Made by a program: the position numbers and the translations under genes
Source of the DNA: Oculina patagonica
Taxonomy: Eukaryota
Length of the DNA stretch: 64,000 nucleotides
Direction of reading: 5' to 3'
Assembly: GCF_052425735.1 (NCBI RefSeq)
Contig: NC_135764.1
Span: forward strand, 16,988,001-17,052,000
Notes under the pieces: model-generated
The model's database searches: none
Told to the model about the DNA's origin: nothing
What the model saw: the letters and a program-made list of their open reading frames with translations, nothing else
Shown here: in pieces, positions 48,722-60,500 of the stretch
Layout of the letters: each line of letters begins with the position of its first letter
How positions within the stretch are numbered: position 1 is the first letter of the stretch

Positions 48722-51700
48722 ATGGAAATCCAAGATGCGGTAAGAAAATTCTTTGATTTGTTGATTGTGTTGCGCACCGTTTAAACAAAATGCAAGTGTC
48801 CCCTAACTTGTTTTATCTCTGAATATTAAATTATTGTTTACGTTATTTGCGAATTAACTTACTCTTTTCTTGATTACGAAAATTCAGTGTTGTACTAACT
48901 TCATTGCGTACAATTCAATTACATAAATAACAAATCACGGTAAAACTCAGCTGATTCGAGTCCCTAGGCCAGACTATAAAGCAGCCAGCCCTTCTTTCAG
49001 ATAGTTGATCTCTTTAGATTCACGCACGGGGGGGGGGGGGGGGGGGGAGTGAAACAAATCCCTTTGAACATGTTGAAAATTTTAAGATTTTTGAAATTAG
49101 CAGCTGATGAAGCATTGGTTTAATCGGTAGCAAATCTTGCACCAATGTTGCGAATGTCGATATGCAAATTTAATATTGAACTGACGTCGTCAAGAAGATA
49201 TCGATCAATGCCTCAACAAATCAGTGAGCGCGACCATTTTAATTTGTTTCTCAACATCATAAGTTTACAGTTCGTTACATTTCATAGTTAGTTTAAATGT
49301 ATTTGGCTATGTTGTCAGTCACGGACTCCGGACGAATTTGTCGATATTCGATTTATTATATAGTCTATATATATCATGATGGTTGAACTTGACCTCTGTA
49401 ACACCGACATTTGTGAAATAGTTTGTTCTTTAATTTACTTCTTAGAGAGGTTATTACACGAACTCAAAATCTATATGCTTGACATGCTTTGGCTTCAATG
49501 TGTTTAGATAAAGGCTGTCTGATATTTTTACTGTTTTTTACAGTTTTTGTGTTGTTTTTTTCTGCATATGTATCTATTACACGCGGCATGCAGATATAAT
49601 GCATAAATAATAATCGTTCAAAAGTCAAGCTTCCTCGAAATCGCAAGCCTTACGTTTACGGGCCCGGAGTCAAAATGACTTCTGTGACTAGTGATACATC
49701 AAGTGTAGAAGATGTTTTAAATCTGAGCGTGTCTCTGATCGCATATCAAGTCCTGAGTGAGCCACCTTTACCGGAAAGTTGTCGATATTTTAATATATTA
49801 ACCTCAAATTCAGTCACACCTCCCGTTTTGGAAACCAATGGTAGCGCATGAGAGGTCGGCTCAAATGCATGCACAAGATGCCTGATTGAATTGATCGAAT
49901 CATACCCTAATTCCTGCGATAAGACATATTACCGTACCCAAATTCGCAAGTAGCCAATCGGAAGCGTGATCTACTGTCCTGATATCCTTCGATATCAAGT
50001 CACTGACCTGATATGCCACCATATCACGGTCACTTTGAATTAAAGTAGTGTTTCCGTACGATGAATTGAAAAGAGGTTTTACCAATAAAACAGAAACGAG
50101 TATTTTTAATTAACTGGTGCTTACCGGTCGTAAAATGAGAAAAACTTTCCCGCCAAAACTAAACTTGAGCGCGCTCGCCAATTGCGCGATGTTTGCCGAC
50201 GAGTACTGAAACATTCACACTGAAACAATGGAGTCGGAGTTTCAAAATTTTTCGCTAAATTTGGATTTTGAAAATTTAGGGAATGAAACTCCAAACAAAC
50301 GAGTAAAAAAATATGAGAAGAGGACTTGATAAAAGTGTTGAAGACCAAAAAAGTATCAATACAAGCAGGTCAACACATTTTGCACTACGTGTCTGGCAAG
50401 CATGGCTTCAACAGAGCGAATAATATCACCGGGTTTTTGACGGAATATGGGTACGGTAAATACCTAATAGTACCTTTTTGGTACGCTTCGGCGGCATATC
50501 AGGCTCGTTTGGTCTCGCCATGGGTATTTTGGCGAGACTGCAGTCTAGCCAAAATACGAACCATGGCTCGACCAAACTCGCCTGATATGCCGCCGAAGCG
50601 TACCAAAAAGGTACGATTAGGTATAAGAAGCAATAAGTTATTGACGACGCATTGAACTGAATCTCATCATAAATATCAACGGAAGCCTAACAAAGTGAGT
50701 TCATCTTGTAAATTGCACGCGCGTGTCATGCTACAAACAAGTGGTCAGCAGTCTCTGTATTGTGTGGTCGTTAAATTCATTAGCCCTAAAGGCATAGATG
50801 GTCGCTTACAAGATCTTCTGATTTGAAAATTTGGGTATATTAACCCATTGACTCCCGAACAGAGATTTTTTAAAAGCGTATTTTTGGACGTTTTTGACAT
50901 TTTCTGGCCAGTTATGAGCTAATTAAGCTCCAACCCACCTGAAAACGTCATTTGCAACATGAAGGCATGCCTTTCTTTCCACTAGCATTTTATTGACATA
51001 TTTTATTGACATATTTGCTAGGGCATGCGCAAAAGGCAAAGTTTGGAAAGTAACCTAAAGGCCTAAAGGCTCGTGTGTATACTGAGAAAATACAAGTGAC
51101 TCGTGGGATATTCCATAGTATACCACTCGAAAGCGTTGCATAACTAGTATATAAAAACTACTTTTTGTAAAAAAAAATTTAACACGTAATTCAGTCATAT
51201 AGACTGCCATGTGTTGATTTCTTAATAAACGATTTTCCTTTTTTTCCTTATATGGTGCCAATGCAGAAAATTTTCTATCAGTCTAAGCGATCCGTTTTGC
51301 AAACCGAGTGGAAAGTAGGCTGTATTAGAGTACACGTCAGAGTACCCATGTAACAGTTGAAAGTTCTGGATCGAAGGAGTTTGCTAGTTAGGATTTGTTG
51401 TTTTCAATACGTGAAAACCAAGCATTAAGGTAGAATATTTTTTTAATTTCACCTTTTTTGAGAATACTATGAACAAGTTTTGACAAAACCCTGCTTTGTT
51501 GGCCTGTACAACTGTCTAGCTCCTTGCACGTGTTGTTTATTATCTTCGATGTTTGCCGCGGAAATCGTGATAACCTGCGATCAGGCGTTCTTTTTTTTCG
51601 CAGTGGGAGAAAAGAGAAAAAAGGAACCACCCGCCGCAAAAAAAGAACGCCTGGTCGCAGGTTAAAATCGCGAGAACCCTGGCCTCTTTCTCGGTGTAAA

Positions 51701-54700
51701 ATACGCCATTTATGTGTTCATGTATGTCTCCTCTCCAACAAACTGGGTAAACTTAAGAAAAAATCACACATTGAATTAGGACTAAGTACTTGTGTGTTTG
51801 TTTTTTTTTTTGCGTCTTACAGGCCGAATCTCAAATTAAGAGGAAGAAAGACTTAAGCTTGGCTTACGCTGTAGATGACACTCCGCCATGGTACCTCAGT
51901 ATTTTGCTGGGATTCCAGGTACACTGTCTTGACACCTCTTCATTTTCGTATCATACAACCTATAAGACCTAACTGATAATTGATTTGTTTTCTTACTTTT
52001 TAGCATTACTTGACGATGTTTGGTTCGACCCTGGCGATTCCTCTTGTTTTAGCCAAACCAATGTGCTATGATCAGAATCCACTGGCCACCAGTGAGATTA
52101 TCAGCACAATATTTTTTGTTTCTGGAATTTGTACTTTATTGCAAACCACGTTTGGAAACAGGTAAGACTGCAACATTCTCATGAACGGCTACTCACTCGG
52201 ACTGACACTTACACTGATATCACGCCATTGAAACTGTGGTAAAAGGAACTGGAAAGTGTGAGGTCTCTGATTAAATATTGACCAAGGAGTGAGGATGAGT
52301 TGACTAAAACTTAATATTTTCCCCTTTCAGGCTTCCCATGGTTCAAGGCGGTACGTTCTCGTTCCTTACGCCTACTATAGCTATTCTCAGTCTCCCTCAA
52401 TGGACATGTCCTTCTGCTCCCCAATCGACAATGACACCTACACCTGCAGGTAAATAACATGTATTTAATCGTTATTTGAAGGAAAAATAAAAGTATCTAC
52501 TTTCTCCCGGGACCAATTATTACGTGCTTCTTATGGAGCAACAAGTAATCATTGGGGCTCCTGAAGGCTGAAAAAAGAGAGTGTCTGTATCTATCGTGGG
52601 CTTCAGTTGCAGTAAGCTATCGAGTTGTATCGCACTCAAAATGAATCTTAATTTAGATCGCGAGTTTTAAGATCCGATAAGAGAGAATATAGCTGCAGCC
52701 AAACTATAGCTAATAAGACTAATAACCGATTTTGGTTCATCGCTATAAGCAGAGATACTTTGGAGAGTGAACCATTTTCACGACAAAATCTAATTTAACT
52801 AAACATTGGTCATTATTTGGTGCGGGATCTGTTACATATGTGAATAAATGATTACACGAAATTAATAATAATAATAATAACTGTTCTGGTACAGACCTTG
52901 CTTCGCTCTGCCAGTACGGTCCCAACCTACAAGAGTTAGTAAGTAAGCGTCTCTTTTTGCCGCACGGCTGTTGTCAGCGTTTTACTAGCCAGCTGGACGT
53001 TTAATGATTCCAATGACAGGGACATGTTAAAATATTGCTCATATATAATGCCCGTGGTATGGGCATTGCGAAAGAATCCAACACTTACTACTAGTAAATT
53101 ACAGCGCGCGTCATATCTTAACAAGCTCTAACCCTAAAACAAACCTAAATGGTGCAATGTTATACAAAATAAGGCGGCGAGAATGTGCTGCTTCTGAGGC
53201 CAAGAAGGACGGTGATGATGATGATGTTGACGTTGTCACAATATTTTCATTTAGTTAATGTTTTTCTTGCTGTCCAATTTCAAAGGACTTAACAATTTTA
53301 CCACCATCGCCTCATCTGTGAACACTACCACAACCCCATCTGCTGTTGATTACACCGAGATATGGAAACCGCGAATGAGAGAGGTAAGCATGTGATGTGT
53401 GGTTAAAGTGCGTTCATCGAGCTCTAGATACACGTGATGTTGATACATTTTGCTTTGTAGATCCAAGGAGCTATCATGGTAGCGGCATTGTTTCAAATTC
53501 TCATCGGCTTCACTGGTTTGGTTGGCTTTCTGCTTCGTTTCATTGGACCGCTGACCATCGCTCCCACAGTAACATTGGTTGGACTCGCATTATTTCAAGC
53601 AGCTGCAAATTTCTCAGGTAAAAAGGAAGGAGAAAAGTAATTGACAATTACCGTCGTCTGCCTTGTTTTTTGTTCCTAAATATGAAATAGGAAACGGACA
53701 TTCTTGAACCTGACAATAACTTGTACAAAATGAAAGTCCAGTTGTCTTTTGGTTTTTTAACTGATGAAAACAATTGACGTGGAAAGCAAATTAGTATTAT
53801 TATTCTAGCATCAAAAGACGCACACAGGTACTTCCAGTGCCGAGTGAGCCACCACAACTGCTTTCTGTAGCGATTAGCTTTCTTTATAAACTTTCTAACA
53901 AAACGAGTGTGCTTATTGTTGCAGGTATCCATTGGGGAATTTCTGCAATGTAAGTACAGTTGAGATAAAGTTATATAACAAGCCAGTTCTTTAGCAGAAC
54001 CACGATGGACGATGGATTTTGCCCTGCTTGCCTTATTTTTGGCTGATTGGAAAATGACTTTCCTCTTAGTGGATAAGACATGTGATTTTTTTTAAGGCTT
54101 CAGCATTTTGGTAGTGTGTTTGAAAATCTTGATTCCAGGAAGGAGCACCAGGAAGATTGAGCCGACCTGCATGACGTCACGTGATACTAGGCATGTTATG
54201 TTGTGATAGTCCTCCTCTGCATCATTTAACGTTGAGGGACACTTCACTAAAGGTCATCTATTACTCTCAATTTACCTACTTAACATTCATATATTTTATT
54301 TCCTTTAGGACCATCGTACTTATCACAATCTTCTCTCAGTACTTGAAGAATTTTAAATTGCCGTTTCCTGGTTATTCAAAGGAAAAAGGGTTGCACATGA
54401 CTAGATTTGCCTTGTTTAGATTGTTTCCGGTTAGTAATGCCATTTATGGTCATTTATGTGCATCCATGGGGACTAGGACGAGTTCAAATAAGGCCTGGGT
54501 ACAATCCACTTATAAACAAGTCCCAGAGCATGTTTACGAGTCAATTACACGCTTTGTGATAAGTTTTGCGTGTGAACGGTGCGTTTGAAAAGACATAACA
54601 ATACACACTTATTTGACACTAAGGCAAGGGAAACAAACAACAAATATCTTCGATTCTTTCAGCAGACAGCATAGTCCGTTTTTGAACAAATATCTTACTT

Positions 54701-56061
54701 TGAACATCCTAAAACTAATCACTGACTATACGAATTTATATGAAGGTAACGCGAAGGGAAAGTCAAAAAATTGTTTCAGATTGTTTAGTTTTTCCATAAC
54801 ATTAACAAATTCGATTTTACTGATTGTTTTAATGAAATGTTGTTTGTGTGTTTATTAGATCCTGCTTGGAATCGTTGTCTCCTGGATTATTTGTGCTATT
54901 ATAACTGCTGCAGGAGGATTTACCGATAACAAGGACAGTCCACAATACAGTGCGAGAACAGATGCCAGAATATTTGTACTGAATGAGGCTAAGTGGTTCA
55001 GATTTCCATATCCAGGTAGAGTAGCGACTTAGTTATCAATACTGTCAAGGCTAGCAAAACTGGTTACCATGTGCAGATTTTGTCTGTTCTTCTTTATTTT
55101 GCAAAATTTAAGAAATTTTCGTGATTTTACTGAATGGTAAAACTGTTGCCATGGTGTAATTTAAGGAGGTATATAATTCGGATTTTAGTACATTACATTT
55201 TTGGGAGATCCTTGATCGGTCTTCTCTAAACAAATGACCCAAGCAGCTGTATCAAGTATTGTAGTTACATGGATGAAGGTTAAGGTTAAGGAAACTTTAT
55301 TAAACCAGGGTGGCCCATTCAGCAACGAGGCTGGTATCCATTGGGGCCCTGGGACAAGAAGAACTATGAAGAACTATTTTAAAAGCTTTCGCTCTATTCC
55401 CCACTTATAACGTCTTCCTTTCTTCTCGTTTCAGGTCAGTGGGGCAGGCCCACAGTGAGTGCCGCTGGCGTGTTTGGAATGCTGGCGGGAGTACTAGCAT
55501 CTATGATAGAATCAATTGGTGACTACTACGCATGTGCGCGACTATCGGGAGCTCCCCCGCCTCCTAAACATGCTATAAATAGAGGTATTGGTATGGAAGG
55601 GATAGGTTGCCTCCTGGCTGGGGCCTGGGGCAGTGGAAATGGAACCACTTCATACAGTGAGAACATTGGAGCGATTGGCATTACTAAGGTATGGCCCACA
55701 GCATGCATTCCATGTACCAGTTCACCAGCAGAATAAGGAGTTTACTTACCATGTCACGCGGGCATATTATTTGTCACACAGGTTGGAAGTCGTCGTGTTG
55801 TTCAATATGGCGCCATAATAATGATGTTGCTAGGCATACTGGGAAAGTTTGGCGCCCTCTTCACTACCATCCCAGACCCCATTGTGGGTGGGGTGTTCAT
55901 GGTGATGTTTGGTATGATTACTGCTGTCGGCATTTCCAACCTGCAGTTCGTGGATTTGAATTCCTCGAGAAACCTGTTTATCCTTGGCTTCTCACTGGTG
56001 TTTGGAATGGCGCTTCCCTTTTGGCTGTCTCAAGATGCCAACAAGAACGTCATTCAAACAG
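48722..56061 (+). CDS. SLC23 / nucleobase-ascorbate transporter (NAT/NCS2), 3'-incomplete
   Basis: Probable first exon MEIQDA (48722-48739, GTAAGA donor), then 51823-51918 ([12 protein letters not shown]), 52003-52161 (HYLTMFG), 52331-52449 ([11 protein letters not shown]), ~53287-53383, 53461-53617 (FIGPLTIAP), ~53925-53949, ~54309-54429, 54858-55015 (WFRFPYP), 55435-55688 ([23 protein letters not shown]), 55782-56061. Remaining exons are outside the window. Confidence 0.93.
49900..50624. mobile_element. Non-autonomous element with short inner inverted repeats and a ~165-bp terminal hairpin
   Basis: TTACCGTACCCA (~49929) pairs with TGGGTACGGTAA (~50448). Hairpin ATACCTAAT.GTACCTTTTTGGTACGCTTCGGCGGCATATCAGGC / GCCTGATATGCCGCCGAAGCGTACCAAAAAGGTAC.ATTAGGTAT spans 50460-50624. 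Confidence 0.7.
51571..51664. mobile_element. Short MITE (TAACCTG...CAGGTTA type)
   Basis: TAACCTGCGATCAGGCGTTCTTTTTTT pairs with AAAAAAAGAACGCCTGGTCGCAGGTTA; TA at both ends. Confidence 0.8.
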
Positions 56062-57517
56062 GTTTACTTCAAAAAGCATTTATAACCTTTTCCGAAAAAA
56101 AAAAGAAGTATTCAGTAGCGAACGCAAAGCTTTAACCCCTCAGGGACTGGGGGGAGGGGGGTTTTTTCAACATTTTCAGACATGACACAAGTTTTTCCAC
56201 TGTAAATGTCTTTTAATACCATAAATCCCCATAAACCCATACATTTTTGAACAGAAGAGATCCTGGACTTTCTTTTAGTGCTAAAATGAACTTAATCTGT
56301 CTTAAAGAAAAAATATGAAAAATCCACAAATGCAAATGAATCGGTTTTCTTTCTTCAAAACTGGTCGCGTTTTCGTTAATAACATTTGTTGGTACATTAG
56401 TTTTTTCAAATATCAATTGCTATATCTGTCTAGACATGTCCTAAGCACCGAACAATAACAAATAATGCAAATCTTTTGAGTATTCGCGAATTACGATCAA
56501 GACGGAGTTTTCGACGTTCTGACCGAGTGGTCTCATTCAAATCCAGCTGGCAGACATTATCAGTGAATAACAGATCAAAATATTTAGGATAACTGCTGTT
56601 GTTTTACATTTCTACTCTCGTACGAACCTCTAAATAGCAGTTTCTGTCATGCCGAGTTCAAATCACGGATAACCGCGTCAAATTTGAGTACTCACGCTCC
56701 TCAATGTCCTCGCTGTCATCGCTTTCTTCTTCACATTTATCGGCCGATTCTTCTTCTTCGCTACGATCGACAACAGCACAGGTAGCCCAAGCTCGATATA
56801 TGAGTACAATAAAGATGACCTTTTCATTGTTTCGTAATTCGATCGATTTGCATATTTATAAGGATTTGTATGGGAAAATAAATTTGACCGAAAAGAACGA
56901 AAAATTAACCGTTGAATTACAATAAAAATCAGTCACCTTAGCTCCTTTGCTGTTTCCCTTGTGTGCTGTGTGGTTTTTTAGCCGATTGAGCGCGATTCTG
57001 TGAGTTATAGTTCCATTGCCTTCCTCTCTCTATATACCTTTCCAAGGTAGGACACTCGAGCTCGAACTGCATCCAGACCTACCGAAGAAAAACGGCCGTA
57101 AAATCCTTACAATTGCTGCGATCGCCTCAAAATTTCTCGTCGACCTCGTGAGATCGTCACTCAACACATCCGTGCCTAGTTTTGGACGACCGACGACGCT
57201 GGAAGGGAATTATTTCACTGCGATCTCCACATCATCGTCCGTTGACTTCCATCGAAGGCGGCTTTATTCGGAGGTCCCGTGCACGACCGTTGGAAAAATG
57301 GCTTAGCGACCCGGCCTAAAGGTGAAAATTAATACTCACCCAGTGGGCGACGGTAAAATGACCCAGAGGTCAATCACATCCTCTAGACTACCCTCAGGCC
57401 TTTATGTGCACACTCAATTGTTTGCATCGACCAATCGGATGTAGTGACGGACGAATTCGAAATTGAAGATTTGCTAGTCGCGTTAGCTGCATTATTGGTC
57501 ACGGTAGAGGTTTTATT

Positions 57518-60500
57518 ATGTCGTCCGTTTCTTCGCTAAGCGAAAACAGTCATCTTTGTTTTCATAAACAACTCGATGGAAGAAAGAAAGAATCAAATCA
57601 ATCAGGTTTTCGGCCGGAGTGGAAGTTCTGGTAGGTGAAATAAATTGTAGTAAGGACTAATTACATATTTGTATTTAACGCATTTGGATTTGTTCGTTGT
57701 AACTTGTAACAAATCGCCTCAAAATATATTTGACGCAATTTTTTTCTTCTAAAACAGGTTTTTGTCAAATTATGAGTACGCAGAAGGGAAAATAGTGTTC
57801 ATAAACGACATCATGGAGCACTCCTTGAAAGAGAAAGAAAATATTCCGAAGGAATTGTCCCGGTCATCGCTTGGTTGGATAGTGAATGATATTTTTGGAG
57901 ATACAGTGCGTCTAGTTCAGAGAGGGTCAAGGGGATCGAGGCAGCGTGCTTATTTCAACCTCCAGCGCAAAAAAGAAAATTCAGATGTCGTTTCCGAGGC
58001 CTCCTTTACTGCAAGTAGTTTGAACCGGGTCAAACTGGATTTGCCAAATGGCTGGCATGTCATTGAGGACGGTCCTCAACAAATCAGCTGCATTCGGCAC
58101 GAACGCTGGGAAGTTAACAATCAGAGAGGAACCACTGAACTTAAGGTCAGCTATAAAATGCCAAAAGAAACCTCAATGATTGTCAGAGCCCACGGCTGCA
58201 GTGTCAACCTAAAAAAGGGTTTCGGTTTGGAGCGCTTGCTTGATGACATGACTGTTGAAAAACAAATTTTGCTAGCCGTTCAATTTATTGAAAATTCATC
58301 TATTTGTTTTGGGTTTGAGTTAAAGGAGGATCAAAATGTCATGACCATTCTTCCACATGTCAGTGGTGTGATGAGCCTGATTGATGATGATGATCTGAAA
58401 CAAAAAACGGTCTTTGCAGAAAACTGTTTAGTGCTTGCTGGTTCGGGAGAGATCTGCGCAAGCTGCTCGCGACTACAAAAAGTAGATGTCAACCGTCGAA
58501 AAAGAAAGGCCGAAGAAAAAATTCTCCATCCAGCTTGCAACAAGCGCTTTATGACCAAGGAGGAAGTCGAGTGCCAACTCAAAAGAGAGCAACTGGCCCG
58601 GCGAAATGCAGAGAGAAGGGAAAAGTACTGGCGGGAGAAATTTGATAAAGAGGCTGTAGAAGTCGACGAAGAAGATCAAGAAGACTTAAAAGAAATGTTT
58701 AAGCAGCCAGTGGGAAATTTGCCCGATGACATGCAATGCTTATGGGAACAACAGCAAAAGATCCTCAAAACTAAAAGCAAAAATGGATACAGGTGGCATC
58801 CCAAGTGAGTTAACGCCATTATTTATAACTTGTAATCTAGGGGCGTATCTAATGGAAGGGTCAGGGGGTGATGGCCTGCGGATTTCCTATATCTTAAAAT
58901 TGGTATTCTGCTAAAAAAAAATTCGGATCAATTTAGGTTTCTGGGAAACTGCTCACCTACCCCTCCCCAAACCTAACATTTTGCCCAAAGCGATAAGTAA
59001 GGGTTAATGTTAGGTTTGGGGAGGGGTAGGTGAGCAGTTTCCCAGAAACCTAAATTGATCCAAGAATTCAATAACCTTACTGGTGCACCCCCTCCTCAGA
59101 AAAATTATGAACTGCCAATTATATTTGGTACTGACAGCAAAGGCAAATGCTTGTCTCTTTCAAAAGTCACTGAGCTTTATAATATTGATTTTCTTAGATG
59201 ATAAATTTATTTTTTATTTTTTTGGATTTTTTTTATCTGCAACTTGCTCTTTTTCAGTAGTAAACATTTTTTTTACAGGATCATGCAATTGTGTATTCAA
59301 CTCTACTGCAAACACCCAAGTGTAGTGGATACCATTCGAAGCTTCATTCGCCTGCCCAGCAACCGTACCATCAGGTTTGTTTTACAAAAATAGGGAAAAC
59401 TATCGTTTTTTTGTCATGTCTAAAAGAAAAACAAGTCTCAAAAACAATTCATAATAAAAAAACAAATACAACCCTTTCAATTAAGGTATCATAAAAACAA
59501 GCGGGAACAGCAGCCAGGTTGGCACAGAGACATGGTGAAGTGGTGTGCACAGTCTGCTGAGAAGAAAAACCTCAAGAATTGTGATTACTGGGGAGGCTTT
59601 GTCATCGACGAAATGAAAATTGAGGTAATTAGTTTGCAAAGCGTTAAATAAAAAATAAATAAATTTACACCTTGAATTTTACCATATCACCATTTATTTA
59701 CAAAGAATAACAAATTTATCCATCTACCATGTTTTCATTACGTTTTTCCTCAATGCAATATCTATGTAAGAAAGTCACTTGCGTGAGAACTTGCGTGACT
59801 ACTTGCGTGACTACTTTGTACTTGTCTTTATCAGGAAAATGTAGAGATGGTTGTGAAAAATGGGAAACATCGATTGGTTGGATTTGTGGAGCTAGGACCC
59901 TTGCACAATGACATGCTACGTTTAGAAGGTAATATGTGGACTGTTGACCTAGTAAGGGGAATGTTTTTTTGCTGGGTTGCACCACTGGCACCACAGAACT
60001 CTTTGACTATTGCATGTATTAACAAGTTATCAAAAAATATTATTTTTCCACCCCCTTTTTTAAAAAACTATACAGTAAAGTTCTCTTATTTCATATGTAA
60101 TTTCTAACCTTTAATTGTTTTTATTTCATTAGGAAAGAAGGAAAACCAACTTGCATCACATGTCCTACAGTTTATTTTTTTAAGTGATTGTGGATTTAGA
60201 TTTCCTGTGGCCCAGTTCCCTAGTCACGATTGCACACCAACTGACCTCTTTTATCAATTTTGGAATGGTGTCCTCATGATGAAAGAGTTTTCCTTCAAGT
60301 AAGCATTTCTTTTTAATTCTCTATTTTATATACAAAAGGTCTAAAAAAATTTATTTCTTAAAGTGGTAAAAAAACTAACTTAAGATTAAAATGCTTTTTT
60401 CTGTATCAGGAGTCTTTGCAGTTACTGCTGAAGTAAATTTAATGTACCTTTGCAGCATTTCATCCCCGATAATTTGAAACTGGAATAGCAATCATTTACC

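Noticed and set aside
49100-49145. CTGATGA as a hammerhead or C/D-box motif
   Set aside because: There is no GAAA box or supporting stems.
59776-59817. Short direct repeats (ACTTGCGTGA x3) as a CRISPR-like array
   Set aside because: A simple 12-bp tandem repeat without unique spacers, in a eukaryotic intron.
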